Shown piece by piece: positions 11,095 to 21,083 of a stretch of DNA of 64,000 bases. The notes under the pieces are model-generated. The model did no database searches, was not told the DNA's origin, and saw nothing but the letters and a program-made list of their open reading frames with translations. Positions within the stretch are counted from its first letter, which is position 1; each line of letters opens with the position of its first letter. Made by a program: the position numbers and the translations under genes. Origin of the DNA: Candidatus Marinacidobacterales bacterium (lineage in GTDB: Bacteria; Acidobacteriota; Vicinamibacteria; Marinacidobacterales; DATDRI01); contig CBDCNP010000002.1 of assembly GCA_965219415.1 (NCBI GenBank), positions 5,376,001 through 5,440,000 of the forward strand, written 5' to 3'.

Positions 11095-11164
11095 GTAGGG
11101 TCGAGGGCTGGCGCGGTGCTCCGTAGGCGCGGCCTATCTGTTTCTCCCCGTTTCCTGTGGGAGT
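11095..11164 (-). ncRNA. Group II intron 3'-end remnant (distal domain VI)
   Basis: Reverse complement matches ~44862-44931; ends CTCGACCCTAC. Confidence 0.75.
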
Positions 11165-11735
11165 TGTGCTCCGCAAAAAAGAAGATCGCGTATTGACGGG
11201 CAGGCAGCCATGGGAGTTGAGGTCATGCGAACTCGTGTTCGCCTCGGTGGAGATTCTGCACTCTGTCGCTGCCGGTGTGCTCCGCAAAAAGTCGATCCGG
11301 CGTTGATTGCGCGGTTTAGACCTGCCATGCTCGGCTGCTTCGTGCCGGTCGACCCGACGACGCCACCGGCTTCTTAGGAACGTTGAGAGGTTCGCTCGTG
11401 CGACCGTTTTCGAATATCCCGTCCTGTGCCAAAACTCGGCCCTTTTGAAATAGGCCATAAATCAGCAGCTTAGAGTCTGTGTTTGCGACCGGGCCAAGGG
11501 CCGTAGGCTTTACAATCGTCTGGCCCGAGGGTGTTATCTTCAGCTCCATGATGACGTACCACGCGCAATTCCTACTGTTGGTCAGGCAACCGTTGTTCGA
11601 TCGGGCAGCCCTGCCGCTCACACAGACCTCATGGGTGCTTCCGCCATTAAGTGTTGGTAAAATGACACTAAGACTTTACGGTGCATTAAATTACAGCCAT
11701 GGTCTTTCAAAAGGGCCGAGTTTTGGCACAGGACG
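11165..11735. mobile_element. Stack of element ends: D (11165, 11276), A-left with transposase start (11420-11583), partial MITE (11634-11699), inverted A end (~11700-11735)
   Basis: Direct matches to ~31725-31887 (reverse), 9053-9125 and ~7915-7982 (reverse). Confidence 0.8.
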
Positions 11736-12995
11736 AGGTCGAGCGCGGCTCACTCAAGGGAAGCCGATACGTCAGCTCGGACAGAACCAATCCGGCGTAG
11801 GCCGCGCCTTGAGCACTCGCCTCTAGATTCTTATCTGCCCAAGAGCGGACAAAACTCAGGTAGCGTTCGTCTCTCGTCTTGTCGAAGGCCGAGAGCATTC
11901 CCCAGAGCAGCATGGCGGTGCTGGGGCCGCCCTTGAGCGAATCCAGTTTGGCGGCTCGACTCTCGAGTACTCCATCGGCGAGATCCCGAACGACGTCGCG
12001 GTTCGCTCTCCGATAGATCTCGGTCGCTTGCTCGGCGATCTCGGTTTTCGCTTCTTTCCGATTGAGCCTGAGATGCTTGACCAGACTGTCTTTCAGGACC
12101 GCCCCGTGGGCCAAAGGGGTCTGAAAACCTAAAAGCTCGCCGACCGTGGGGGCGATGTCTCTTTGATAGGCGACGCGATCGACGACCGCGCCTTTTTTGA
12201 TGTCTGGACCCACAACGAACAGCATGATGTGACGGCATCCTTCGCAATCGTCGCCGTGCTCGGCGAATCCTTCCCTTATTCCGTCCTTGTGATAACCGTG
12301 ATCGTTCGTGAGGAAGAGCGTCGTCTTGTCGCGGTAGTGCGGATCTCCCTGAATCTTCCCCCAGAGTTTCACCAGGAGCTCGTCCTGGGCCCGAATCGCC
12401 TTCACGTGCCTTCCCATACGCCGCTGTGGGCCAGGTGGTCGGTAGCACCGAAATTGGCGAAGATGATCCGAGGCTTGTCCGTTTCCATCGCGCGTACCAC
12501 CTTCTCGAAGACCTCCCGATCGTTCTGCAAGGTGCTCTCACCGATCCCGATCTCCGAACTGGGCCTGTACTTGTCCAGGTACCCGGGGAAAGAAGTCGTG
12601 GGATCGTACGAGTAGGGCCCCTTCCCGAATATGACCCAGGCTTTCTCCCTTGTGAGTCCTTGCTCGTCCGCCATGTAGTCGAAGAGGGTGCAGCGGGGGC
12701 CACGGTTGCGCATCTTCTGCCAGGTACCGGTGGTGATCGTCGAGTGGCCGGCCTTGGTAATCGTCACATCATCGTTGTAGAAGTTCGTGTAGAGCGTCCC
12801 TTGCGGGCGGAGCTCGTTCCACAGTCGCGATATGAATCGATGCTCGGGATCACCGTAAGAAACGTCCCAGCTCGTGCCGCCCATGATGGCAATGACAACG
12901 TTCTCCGTCTGGGATCTTTCCTGAGCATCGGAGTTCGCCGAAAGATTGCTGAGCCAGAAGATAAGAATTCCGATCCAAGCAATTGTTCGTTGCAA
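11736..12995 (-). pseudogene. Alkaline-phosphatase/sulfatase-superfamily secreted protein, frameshifted (~12410) and 3'-truncated
   Basis: TITKAGHSTITTG, ATDHLAH, LTNDHG and DIAPTVGELLG; ends at an A-type element end. Confidence 0.7.
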
Positions 12996-13028
12996 GAGTT
13001 AGACCTCCTTGCGGCTAGTGCCCAAAGT

Positions 13029-16000
13029 CTATTGGCTGCTTGTCTCTTCCCTTCCCCTCTTTAGCGACCGGATGACTTTCTCGAACGCGGGAATGCCTTT
13101 GGGTGGCTTCTGCCGAAGCTCCTCCATGATGACCTCCACCGCCTTTTCGAGCTGGGGATCCCGCGCCTCGAAGTCGTCCGCCGGGTAGACGTAGACTTCG
13201 AAGTCCGGTGTGTGGCCGCTGTTCTCGAGTACGTAGTCTCCATCCGGACTATAGGTGCCCAGGCCCGGTGCCCGCACGAACCCGCCATCCATGAGACGAG
13301 GCCCGCCGCCTCCTCCCATGACGCCGCCCCAGGTCCGTGTTCCCACCGTTTTTCCAAGCCCCCGTATCTGGAACTGATAGGGGTAGACATCGCCTCCCGA
13401 TCCGGCCTCGGCGTTGATGAGCATGACCTTGGGGCCATCGATCATCGAGAACGGAGACTTGAAGGGCCCGCCGTTTCGCGTCACATACCAATGCACCTGT
13501 TGCCGGTCCAAGATGTCGAGCTGGTAATCGGGATCGTCACCACCGTCGTTGAACCGCTCGTCGATGATGACCGCCACTCTGTCTGATTGCGGAAAAAAAT
13601 ACCGGTCGAACTCCCTAAGCGAAGCGTGGCCGGTATTGGGCTGATAGATGTAGGCGATCTGACCGGCCGAGAGCTCGTCGACCTTCTTCCGGCTGTCCTC
13701 GATCCAAGCCCGCCGGCGAAGGGCCCGTTCACTTTCGAGGGGAACCACCGTCACCAGACGGGATGTTTCAAGCCTCGGGTCCCGACCCACTCGCAGCATC
13801 ACCTCTTTGCCGGCGGTCTTCACGAAGAGCGAGTGGATGTTCGTCGGGTAACGAAGGTCGTGACCGTTGACTTCGAGAACATAATCGCCCTCCTTGACAT
13901 CCACCCCTGGAACGATGAGCGGGTTCCTTTCTTCACCGCGGTCCCAGTACGAGCCGGTGATGATTTTCTTGATGCGATATCGCTCGTTCACGACTTCGTA
14001 GTCGGCGCCCAGAAGTCCACCGGGAACTCGATCCACCTTGGGCATATCGCCCCCACCCACGCGGATGTGACTGTTGACGAGCTCCCCCACCATCTGACCA
14101 AGGACGTAGTTCAGATCGGATCGGTAACGAACGTCCGAGAGATAGGCTTCGTAACGGACGCGCATCGCTTCCCAGTCGACCCCATGCATATCCTCGTCAT
14201 AGAAGAAATCCCTCTCGATCCGCCAACCTTCCAGAAACATCTGCTTCCATTCCGCTCTGGGATCGATCGAGATCGCCATACCGGAGAGGTCCAACTTCCC
14301 TGCCCCCGCTTCCGGGCTCCCCGCGGCCGGCACGATCCCCCAATCCTCTCCCGCCAAATAGAGCACCGTCTCACCTTCCGCGGAGGGAGCATAGGCTCTG
14401 ACGTTAGTGAGGAAATCGCTCGCCTCGCCCTGTCCCATATCGAAGCGGCGCAGCTTCGGTTTACCCCCGAAAGTTCTTTCCGAGGGCTCTTCTCGAAAGA
14501 AGAGCGTCCCATCGGCAGCGGTCTTGATGTTCGAGTACCGACCCGGCGGCAGCGGCAATCGAACGATCCGCCCCTCGATGCCGCTCCCATCGATGCGGAA
14601 AGGTGTCTCCTCCATTTCGGATCCCTGATCACCCGCCGAGCCTCCTGGCGCGAAGGGATTCGCTACGTCCTTGCGCAGAAGAACAGCGAAGATTTCCCAC
14701 GTGACCTCGTTCTGATGCGCCACCGTCGAGAGATCGAGACCGGTGTTGACCTGACCGACATCCGTGCTTCCGAGAAAAAAGAGGTACTTTCCATCGTGGC
14801 TGAACGCCGGCGAGTAAGCGTCCCCCATACCATCGGTCACGGACGTGGTTTCGTCGGGTTCGAGCGAATGGAGCTTCAAGCTCCGGAAGAGCGTCGAATG
14901 CATATCCCCATAGGCCAGCCAACGGCTGTCTGGAGACCACACATAAATATCGCTGCACCCGGTACGGCAATCGATTCGCGTCTGTTTCCGGGTCGTGATG
15001 TCGACATACCATAATCTTCTCGTCTTGTCGGCGTAGGCTATTTTCTGACTATCGGGCGACCACACCGGCCCCGAGAAGAATCCTTGCCCTCCTAAGCCAA
15101 TCTTCGTGATGGGGCCAGCACCGGATGGATCCGCAACATGGAGGGCATACTCGCCTTCGACATCCGAGAAATAGGCGATGGACTTCCCATCCGGCGACCA
15201 GGCGGGATCTCGCTCTGCGGAGCCCGGTGCCCGTGTCAGGTTTCGGATTTTGCCGGTTTCCGCCGAGACGATGAGCAGATCTCCGTGTGCTTCGAACACC
15301 ACGCGCGATCCGTCGGGAGAAATGTCTCCCGACCTTATCTCTTCAGAAACGTTCTTATGACGGGGCGCGGTCTGGACTCGGTCGTCGCGCACGCTCACCG
15401 AAATTTTCTGGGCACTCTGGCCTGCGATGTCGTAGACGAACAGGTACCCGCCGCTGGAGTAGACCAGACTGGCCTCGGCTCCCGACAAAGAGTCGATATC
15501 GGTAATACCGTTGTTGGCCCGTTCCTCGACCGCGCCGGTTTTGGTGTCGAAACGGAAGAGGCTCATGACGTCGTTCCTATCGGACAAAAAGAAGACCGAA
15601 TCGCCCAGCCACACCGGGAAAGTATCGCTCGCGTTTTCGTGTGGGATCTCCACGTGTGAGTAATCTTCCAGATCGACCAACCATATCGGCGTCGTTTCCC
15701 CCCCGCGATAGCGCTTCCAGGTAAGGAATGCGTTCCGGTTGGGCGTAAACGCAAGTTTCTTTCCGTCCGGCGAAAAAGCACCCATGAAGGCCTTGTGCAT
15801 GGGAAACGACTCCGGATAGCCGCCTTCGACGTCGATGGTCAAGAGCTGCGATCGACGGTGATTGCTATACCGCGCGGAGCTGAAAAGGATTTTGGAGCCG
15901 TCGGGCGACCAGCCCTGGACACGATCGTCCCCCGGGTGGTAGGTGATGCGTCGCGGCGGGCCTCCTCGGGATGAGATGACGAAGACGTCCATATTGCCGC

Positions 16001-16250
16001 CGTACTCGCCTGAAAAAGCGACCCACGCGCCGTCCGGTGAGAACTTGGGTTGGGACTCGACACCCGGGTGGGAAGTCAGGCGGGCCGCCTTGCCGCCGCT
16101 TCTCGGCACCGTCCACAGGTCGCTCCCGTACACGAAGACGATCCTTTCGGCGTCGATATCCGGTTGGTGCAAGAAGCGAGTGTCCTCGGCGAACGCAGCC
16201 GAAACGGTGCCGAACAGAAACGATGCGAGCCACAGACATGTCCCCTTCAT
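13029..16250 (-). CDS. Tricorn protease homolog (S41 peptidase, beta-propellers + PDZ)
   Basis: WKRYRGG, repeated WSPDG propeller motifs, GELVNSH, IIDERFNDGG, AGSGGD and GTRTWGG. Confidence 0.93.
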   Translation of the reverse strand: MKGTCLWLASFLFGTVSAAFAEDTRFLHQPDIDAERIVFVYGSDLWTVPRSGGKAARLTSHPGVESQPKFSPDGAWVAFSGEYGGNMDVFVISSRGGPPRRITYHPGDDRVQGWSPDGSKILFSSARYSNHRRSQLLTIDVEGGYPESFPMHKAFMGAFSPDGKKLAFTPNRNAFLTWKRYRGGETTPIWLVDLEDYSHVEIPHENASDTFPVWLGDSVFFLSDRNDVMSLFRFDTKTGAVEERANNGITDIDSLSGAEASLVYSSGGYLFVYDIAGQSAQKISVSVRDDRVQTAPRHKNVSEEIRSGDISPDGSRVVFEAHGDLLIVSAETGKIRNLTRAPGSAERDPAWSPDGKSIAYFSDVEGEYALHVADPSGAGPITKIGLGGQGFFSGPVWSPDSQKIAYADKTRRLWYVDITTRKQTRIDCRTGCSDIYVWSPDSRWLAYGDMHSTLFRSLKLHSLEPDETTSVTDGMGDAYSPAFSHDGKYLFFLGSTDVGQVNTGLDLSTVAHQNEVTWEIFAVLLRKDVANPFAPGGSAGDQGSEMEETPFRIDGSGIEGRIVRLPLPPGRYSNIKTAADGTLFFREEPSERTFGGKPKLRRFDMGQGEASDFLTNVRAYAPSAEGETVLYLAGEDWGIVPAAGSPEAGAGKLDLSGMAISIDPRAEWKQMFLEGWRIERDFFYDEDMHGVDWEAMRVRYEAYLSDVRYRSDLNYVLGQMVGELVNSHIRVGGGDMPKVDRVPGGLLGADYEVVNERYRIKKIITGSYWDRGEERNPLIVPGVDVKEGDYVLEVNGHDLRYPTNIHSLFVKTAGKEVMLRVGRDPRLETSRLVTVVPLESERALRRRAWIEDSRKKVDELSAGQIAYIYQPNTGHASLREFDRYFFPQSDRVAVIIDERFNDGGDDPDYQLDILDRQQVHWYVTRNGGPFKSPFSMIDGPKVMLINAEAGSGGDVYPYQFQIRGLGKTVGTRTWGGVMGGGGGPRLMDGGFVRAPGLGTYSPDGDYVLENSGHTPDFEVYVYPADDFEARDPQLEKAVEVIMEELRQKPPKGIPAFEKVIRSLKRGREETSSQ

Positions 16251-16294
16251 AACATCCCCTTCTGTCTCTTCGTAGTTACGGTGGATCGCCGTCG

Positions 16295-18397
16295 CTACCG
16301 GTGTGAAGTAGCGCTTCTAGCAGCCGAGGCGATTTCGTCGAGGCGGTCCTTCGCCGCTTGGAAATCGGGCTTCAGCTCGAGCGCTCGCCGAAACTGCCGG
16401 GCCGCCTCGTCGTGGCGACCGCTGCGAAACAAAACGAGGCCCAGGTTGTAGACGTAAAGATGGTTACTTGGATTGCGCTCGATCGCATGGCGAAACGCGA
16501 TAGCCGACTCCTCCCAATGGCTAGCGGCGCCCAGGATTGTCGCTAGAGAGTTCCAGTACTCGGCCGGCGCGGGGTCGAGGTTGACGGCGAGGCGAAGCTG
16601 CTGGGCCGCCTCTTCGAGGTTGTGCTTGTCCCGATAGACCTCACCGATTCGGACACGGAGGAGCGCCTCTTGACGGGGCAGTCCGGGATCGTCGGGCACT
16701 GCGCGCCGTCCCTGCTGCAAGATCCCGAGCGCGCCTTCGATGTCGCGACGTGCGGCATAGCAGTCCGCCAGGGAGCCGTAGACTTCCGCGGCATGGGGCT
16801 GCAACCGCTGGGCCGCCTCGAGGTGCGGTTGCGCGTCAGAGAAACGCGAAAGCTCCAAGAGCGCCCGCCCCATGTAGTAGTGGACCTCATAGCTCTGGAT
16901 CCCGCGCGCGAGGAGACGCTCGAAGAGCTCGACGCTCTCATGAGGATCTCCAGCCTGCAGGCGCACGAGGGCGTCGCGGATCAGGCGGTTGGCTAAACGG
17001 AACTCTTCGACCTTGTCCTTGGGATCGGCGCCGGGGTTGCTGCCGCCACCGCCGGCGCCGAGATAGCCGAGCGCTCCCAGTTGTCGGCGGACCTCCTCGC
17101 TCGGCACCGATTCGGCCGGATCGGTCGAGGGAGCCATACCTTCGAGGCGGTCGATTTCCCGCAGCAACGCCTCGCGCATCGTCTTGGCCTGAGCCTTCTT
17201 TTCACCTACGAGATTGTGCAGCTCGCCGGGATCCGCAACGAGATCGTATAGCTCCGGGCGCGGAGCTTCGATGAACTTAAAGCGTCCCTCCCGAAGCGTG
17301 CGAAGCTCGCTCCAGCCGAAGTGGAGCCGCGGAATCAGGCTCTCGGCGTAAATGGCTTCCTCCGCGAGCGGCTCGATGCCCCGAAAAGCCGAAGCCACGT
17401 TTCGGCCAGAGACATCGGGAACCACAGCAACCCCCAAGAAGTCGAGGACGGTGGGAAAGAGATCCGATATCTGGACCGCCGCCTCGATTCGATTCCCCGC
17501 ACGAACGCCCGGTCCGCGGACGATGAGAGGCACTTGGAGCGTGGTCTGGTAGACGAAGAAGCCGTGCAGCGACTCCTCGTGATCGCCCAGCCCCTCGCCA
17601 TGGTCGGACGTGACGACCAGAAGCGTGTCCTGCAAAAGGTCGAGTCGCTCTAAAGTGGCGTACAGCCGGCCCATGAGCGCGTCGGACCACGCCACCTCAC
17701 CGTCGTAGGGTCGTCCCGCGTAACGCGAGGCAAAGGGCTCGGGCGGCTCGTAAGGCTCATGCGGGTCGTAGACGTGAATCCAAGCGAAGAATGGTCGCGT
17801 CGGGTCGCGTTTATCGAGCCATTCTTCGGCCTGTTGGAGTGTCTGATCGCCCCGCCTCTGGACCGAGTTTAGGAAACGAACGTCACCGACCACCTCGAAG
17901 TCGTCTTCGTAAGTTTCGAACCCTCGACCCAAGCTGGTGCGAGCCGAGACCACGACCGCCGAGACGAAGGCCGCAGTCTCAAAGCCGGCTTGCTTCAGGA
18001 TCTCGGCCAGAGTCGGCTGCGATTCTGGAAGCGGCGGGGCGAAGTTGTCCCGTAGCCCGTGCTCCGGGGGAAGGCGGCCGGTCATGAGCGACGCGTGCGA
18101 GGGCAGTGTGAGAGGAACCGGCGCGCTGGCCTGAAGCGCCATCGCTCCTTCGGAGGCGATCCTGTCAAGGTGCGGAGTTTCGACGGACGGGCTTCCATAG
18201 CAGCCGAGGCGATCCGCTCGCAGTGTGTCGATGGTAACCAGGACGAGGTTGCGGGCGGTCTCCATGGATGCCGCCGCTTCTGGCGTTGGCTCTGGGCCAG
18301 AACAGCTTGCACAGCTTGCGGCGGCGAGGCTTACAGCGACGAGCGCCACCCACCGCCTGGCGGCGCCTGCGAATCGGCAGGAATTGCAGCCTTTCAT
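16295..18397 (-). CDS. Sulfatase-like hydrolase with C-terminal TPR domain
   Basis: NLVLVTIDTLRADRLG, LTLPSHASLMTG, YDPHEPY and SDHGEGLGDH; TPR repeats. Confidence 0.9.
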   Translation of the reverse strand: MKGCNSCRFAGAARRWVALVAVSLAAASCASCSGPEPTPEAAASMETARNLVLVTIDTLRADRLGCYGSPSVETPHLDRIASEGAMALQASAPVPLTLPSHASLMTGRLPPEHGLRDNFAPPLPESQPTLAEILKQAGFETAAFVSAVVVSARTSLGRGFETYEDDFEVVGDVRFLNSVQRRGDQTLQQAEEWLDKRDPTRPFFAWIHVYDPHEPYEPPEPFASRYAGRPYDGEVAWSDALMGRLYATLERLDLLQDTLLVVTSDHGEGLGDHEESLHGFFVYQTTLQVPLIVRGPGVRAGNRIEAAVQISDLFPTVLDFLGVAVVPDVSGRNVASAFRGIEPLAEEAIYAESLIPRLHFGWSELRTLREGRFKFIEAPRPELYDLVADPGELHNLVGEKKAQAKTMREALLREIDRLEGMAPSTDPAESVPSEEVRRQLGALGYLGAGGGGSNPGADPKDKVEEFRLANRLIRDALVRLQAGDPHESVELFERLLARGIQSYEVHYYMGRALLELSRFSDAQPHLEAAQRLQPHAAEVYGSLADCYAARRDIEGALGILQQGRRAVPDDPGLPRQEALLRVRIGEVYRDKHNLEEAAQQLRLAVNLDPAPAEYWNSLATILGAASHWEESAIAFRHAIERNPSNHLYVYNLGLVLFRSGRHDEAARQFRRALELKPDFQAAKDRLDEIASAARSATSHR

Positions 18398-18458
18398 AAG
18401 GGGGCCGCACCCAACATTAATAAGCTGCGCTATCAACGCGGTCCTATATATCAATTTG

Positions 18459-18487
18459 TTGACACGTTGAGCAAACCTACGTAGAAT
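18459..18487 (+). promoter_or_regulatory. sigma70 promoter
   Basis: TTGACA-17 nt-TAGAAT upstream of 18539. Confidence 0.75.
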
Positions 18488-18538
18488 CCCCCCTGCCGAG
18501 AGGGCGTCCCAGCCCTGTCTGAGGGGGCATTTGCGGTC

Positions 18539-19708
18539 ATGAGTAAATCTTTCCGAACGTTAGAAGCCACACCACCAGCGATCTTTGGCCGTCTCGGTAT
18601 CCGGCCGGTCATTAATGCTTGCGGAGTCTATACCGATCTCGGCGGATCGATCCTCTCTCCCACCGTGTGGGCTGCCATGGAGGAGGTCAACCGTTCCTAC
18701 GTGAGCATGGTGGACCTACTCAAGAGGACCGGACGCCACGTCGCCGAGCTGGTGGGCGCCGAGTCGGCGCGCGTCACGCCGGGCGCGTCGTCGGCCATCG
18801 CGTTGGGTACGGCGGCCTGCATGACGGGGATGGACGGCGTTGCCTGGGAGCGCCTGCCCGATACGACCGGTCTTACCAAAGTGGAAGTCGTCATCCAACA
18901 CAACCATCGATACAAGTACGACCGCTGCGCGCGCATGGCCGGCGCGAGTCTGGTGGAGGCCGGCGGCAAGGATGGAACGAGTGCCGACCAGCTTAGGAAG
19001 GTGCTCGGTCCCCGTACGGCAATGGTGCTATTCCCGGCACACCTCGACGGCAAGGACAACAGTTTGAGCCTAAAGGAGACGCTCGAGGTAACGCGAGATC
19101 TCGGAATCCCGACGTTTGTGGATGCGGCGTACTTGAACTATCCGACGAGCCTCCTCGGAAGCTTCACCGCGGCGGGCGCCGAGCTCGCATGCTTCAGCGC
19201 CAAGTACTTCGGCGGGCCGAACGGCGGCGGGTTTCTCTGCGGCCGCAAGAATCTCATGGACGCCGTGGCGGGCGTCGATTTTACCGAGTTCGAGTCGGGG
19301 CTCTACCGATCGTTCGGCCGGGCCTTCAAAATGGATCGCCAGATCGTCGTGGGCACGGTGGTCGCGCTCGAGGAATGGCTAGCGATGGACCATGAAGCGC
19401 GCTGGGCCAGCTACGCGGGCCGTGTAGACCGGATGATCGGAAAGCTCGACGGGGTCTCGGGGATCGAGGCCGGGCCAATGTATTTCACGATGGACGAGCG
19501 ACTCCTTTCGGAGCCGGTGAACTGTGCCACGATTTCCTTTAACTCCATCGAACACACCGCGCAGCAGATTTCGGACGCCCTCGCCGCGGGCGAGCCGAGC
19601 ATCGCCACGGTCGTTCTCGGCGACACCCTGGTCGCCGCCGTCGACTGCATCGTCGACGGCCAGGAAATAACGATCGGCGAGCGACTGCGGGAAGAGCTTG
19701 CCCGTTAG
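18539..19708 (+). CDS. SelA/DgaE-like PLP-dependent enzyme
   Basis: RPVINACGVYTDLGGS, FVDAA, FSAKYFGGP (PLP lysine) and GRAFKM. Confidence 0.85.
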   Translation: MSKSFRTLEATPPAIFGRLGIRPVINACGVYTDLGGSILSPTVWAAMEEVNRSYVSMVDLLKRTGRHVAELVGAESARVTPGASSAIALGTAACMTGMDGVAWERLPDTTGLTKVEVVIQHNHRYKYDRCARMAGASLVEAGGKDGTSADQLRKVLGPRTAMVLFPAHLDGKDNSLSLKETLEVTRDLGIPTFVDAAYLNYPTSLLGSFTAAGAELACFSAKYFGGPNGGGFLCGRKNLMDAVAGVDFTEFESGLYRSFGRAFKMDRQIVVGTVVALEEWLAMDHEARWASYAGRVDRMIGKLDGVSGIEAGPMYFTMDERLLSEPVNCATISFNSIEHTAQQISDALAAGEPSIATVVLGDTLVAAVDCIVDGQEITIGERLREELAR

Positions 19709-19709
19709 A

Positions 19710-19958
19710 GAGTCCTCAACCCGAGCGCAGCACGAAGCGCAGCGGAGTTGCGGAGCGAGAAGCCGTGGGGGTGGGGCCCCGCGGCATTGAAGGGAGTCCT
19801 CAACCCGAGCGCAGCACGAAGCGCAGCGGAGTTGCGGAGCGAGAAGCCGTGGGGGTGGGGCCCCGCGGCATTGAAGGGAGTCCTCGACCCGAGCGCAGCA
19901 CGAAGCGCAGCGGAGTTGCGGAGCGAGAAGCCATGGGGGTGGGGCCCCACGGCATTGA
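19710..19958 (+). repeat. 3 x 84-bp intergenic tandem repeat with REP-like hairpin
   Basis: Units start at 19710, 19794 and 19878; each contains GCC(G/A)TGGGGGTGGGGCCCC(G/A)CGGC. Confidence 0.92.
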
Positions 19959-19981
19959 GTGGATTCAGACCGGAGGCTTCC

Positions 19982-21073
19982 ATGTTACTAGGATGGCTGG
20001 TAGCGCTTCTTTTCACGTCTGTCACCGCGTCGACGCTTGACCTCAAGACGGAGGTCGTCAACGGCGACGCCGGTTCTCGTCTCGACATTCACATGTCCGC
20101 GTTGGAGGACGCCGGCTTCTCGGGCACCGTCCTCGTATCGAAGGACGGCGAGATCGTCCTCCACAAGGGCTACGGCATGGCCGACCGGCGGCGCGAGATC
20201 CCTTGTCGACCCGACACCATCTTCGACATCGGGTCGATCACGAAGCAGTTCACCGCCGCGGCCATCCTCAAGCTAGAAATGGCCGGAAAGCTGAGCACAA
20301 GCGACACACTGGGTCAGCACTTCCCCGACATTCCTTCCGACAAGGCGGGCATCACACTTCACCAGCTCCTCACACACACCTCGGGCCTCGACCACTACTA
20401 CGGAGAGGACACCAACTACGCGCCCCGCGATCTCGCGCTCGAGGTCTTTTTCAAGATGCCTCTGCTGAGCGTCCCGGGTGACGAGTACCGCTACTCGAAC
20501 CCCGGCTACAGCATCCTCGCCGCCGTCGTGGAGGACGTCTCGGGCCTCAAGTACGAGAGCTATCTCGCCAAGGAGCTCTTCGGCCCGGCGGGGATGACCG
20601 AAACCGGCTACACCGGGCCTCGCTGGGACATGAAGCGCATGTCGCGGAACTACAACGGCGAGAAGGACAATGGCTTCACCTTCAACCGCAATTGGGGTCC
20701 CGACGGTACTTACTGGCACTGCTTCGGCAACGGATGCATCCTGACCACGACCGGTGATCTGGTTCGCTGGGAGCAGGCGCTCCAATCACACAGCGTTCTC
20801 TCCGCGGAGGCTCGGGAGAAGTTGTGGACACCGCACGTCACGGCGCGGGACGACGTCAAGTACGCGTACGGGTGGCGGGTCGGCAAGAGCGCCCGCGGCA
20901 CGACGTGGATCGGCCATGGTGGCGGCTCGGGCTTCGGCGTCTCGGCAGCCTACTACCGGTTTCCGGAAGATGGTGTGCTGGTGCTCGTCATTTCCAACCT
21001 GGCATCGATCCCCGGGATGAAGAACCAGGCACGCTTCGTGGACCGGCTCGTTACCCTCACGCTCGGACCCTAA
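19982..21073 (+). CDS. Serine hydrolase (class C beta-lactamase / D-aminopeptidase family)
   Basis: GGAGG RBS; SITK (SxxK), LLTHTSG, YSN and HGG motifs. Confidence 0.9.
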   Translation: MLLGWLVALLFTSVTASTLDLKTEVVNGDAGSRLDIHMSALEDAGFSGTVLVSKDGEIVLHKGYGMADRRREIPCRPDTIFDIGSITKQFTAAAILKLEMAGKLSTSDTLGQHFPDIPSDKAGITLHQLLTHTSGLDHYYGEDTNYAPRDLALEVFFKMPLLSVPGDEYRYSNPGYSILAAVVEDVSGLKYESYLAKELFGPAGMTETGYTGPRWDMKRMSRNYNGEKDNGFTFNRNWGPDGTYWHCFGNGCILTTTGDLVRWEQALQSHSVLSAEAREKLWTPHVTARDDVKYAYGWRVGKSARGTTWIGHGGGSGFGVSAAYYRFPEDGVLVLVISNLASIPGMKNQARFVDRLVTLTLGP

Positions 21074-21083
21074 AGGAAAACCT

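Noticed and set aside
19710-19958. CRISPR array
   Set aside because: Units are whole 84-bp tandem copies without unique spacers, and there are no cas genes
19748-19981. N-terminal repeat extension of the serine hydrolase
   Set aside because: A good RBS (GGAGG), ATG and signal peptide at 19982 indicate the repeat is intergenic
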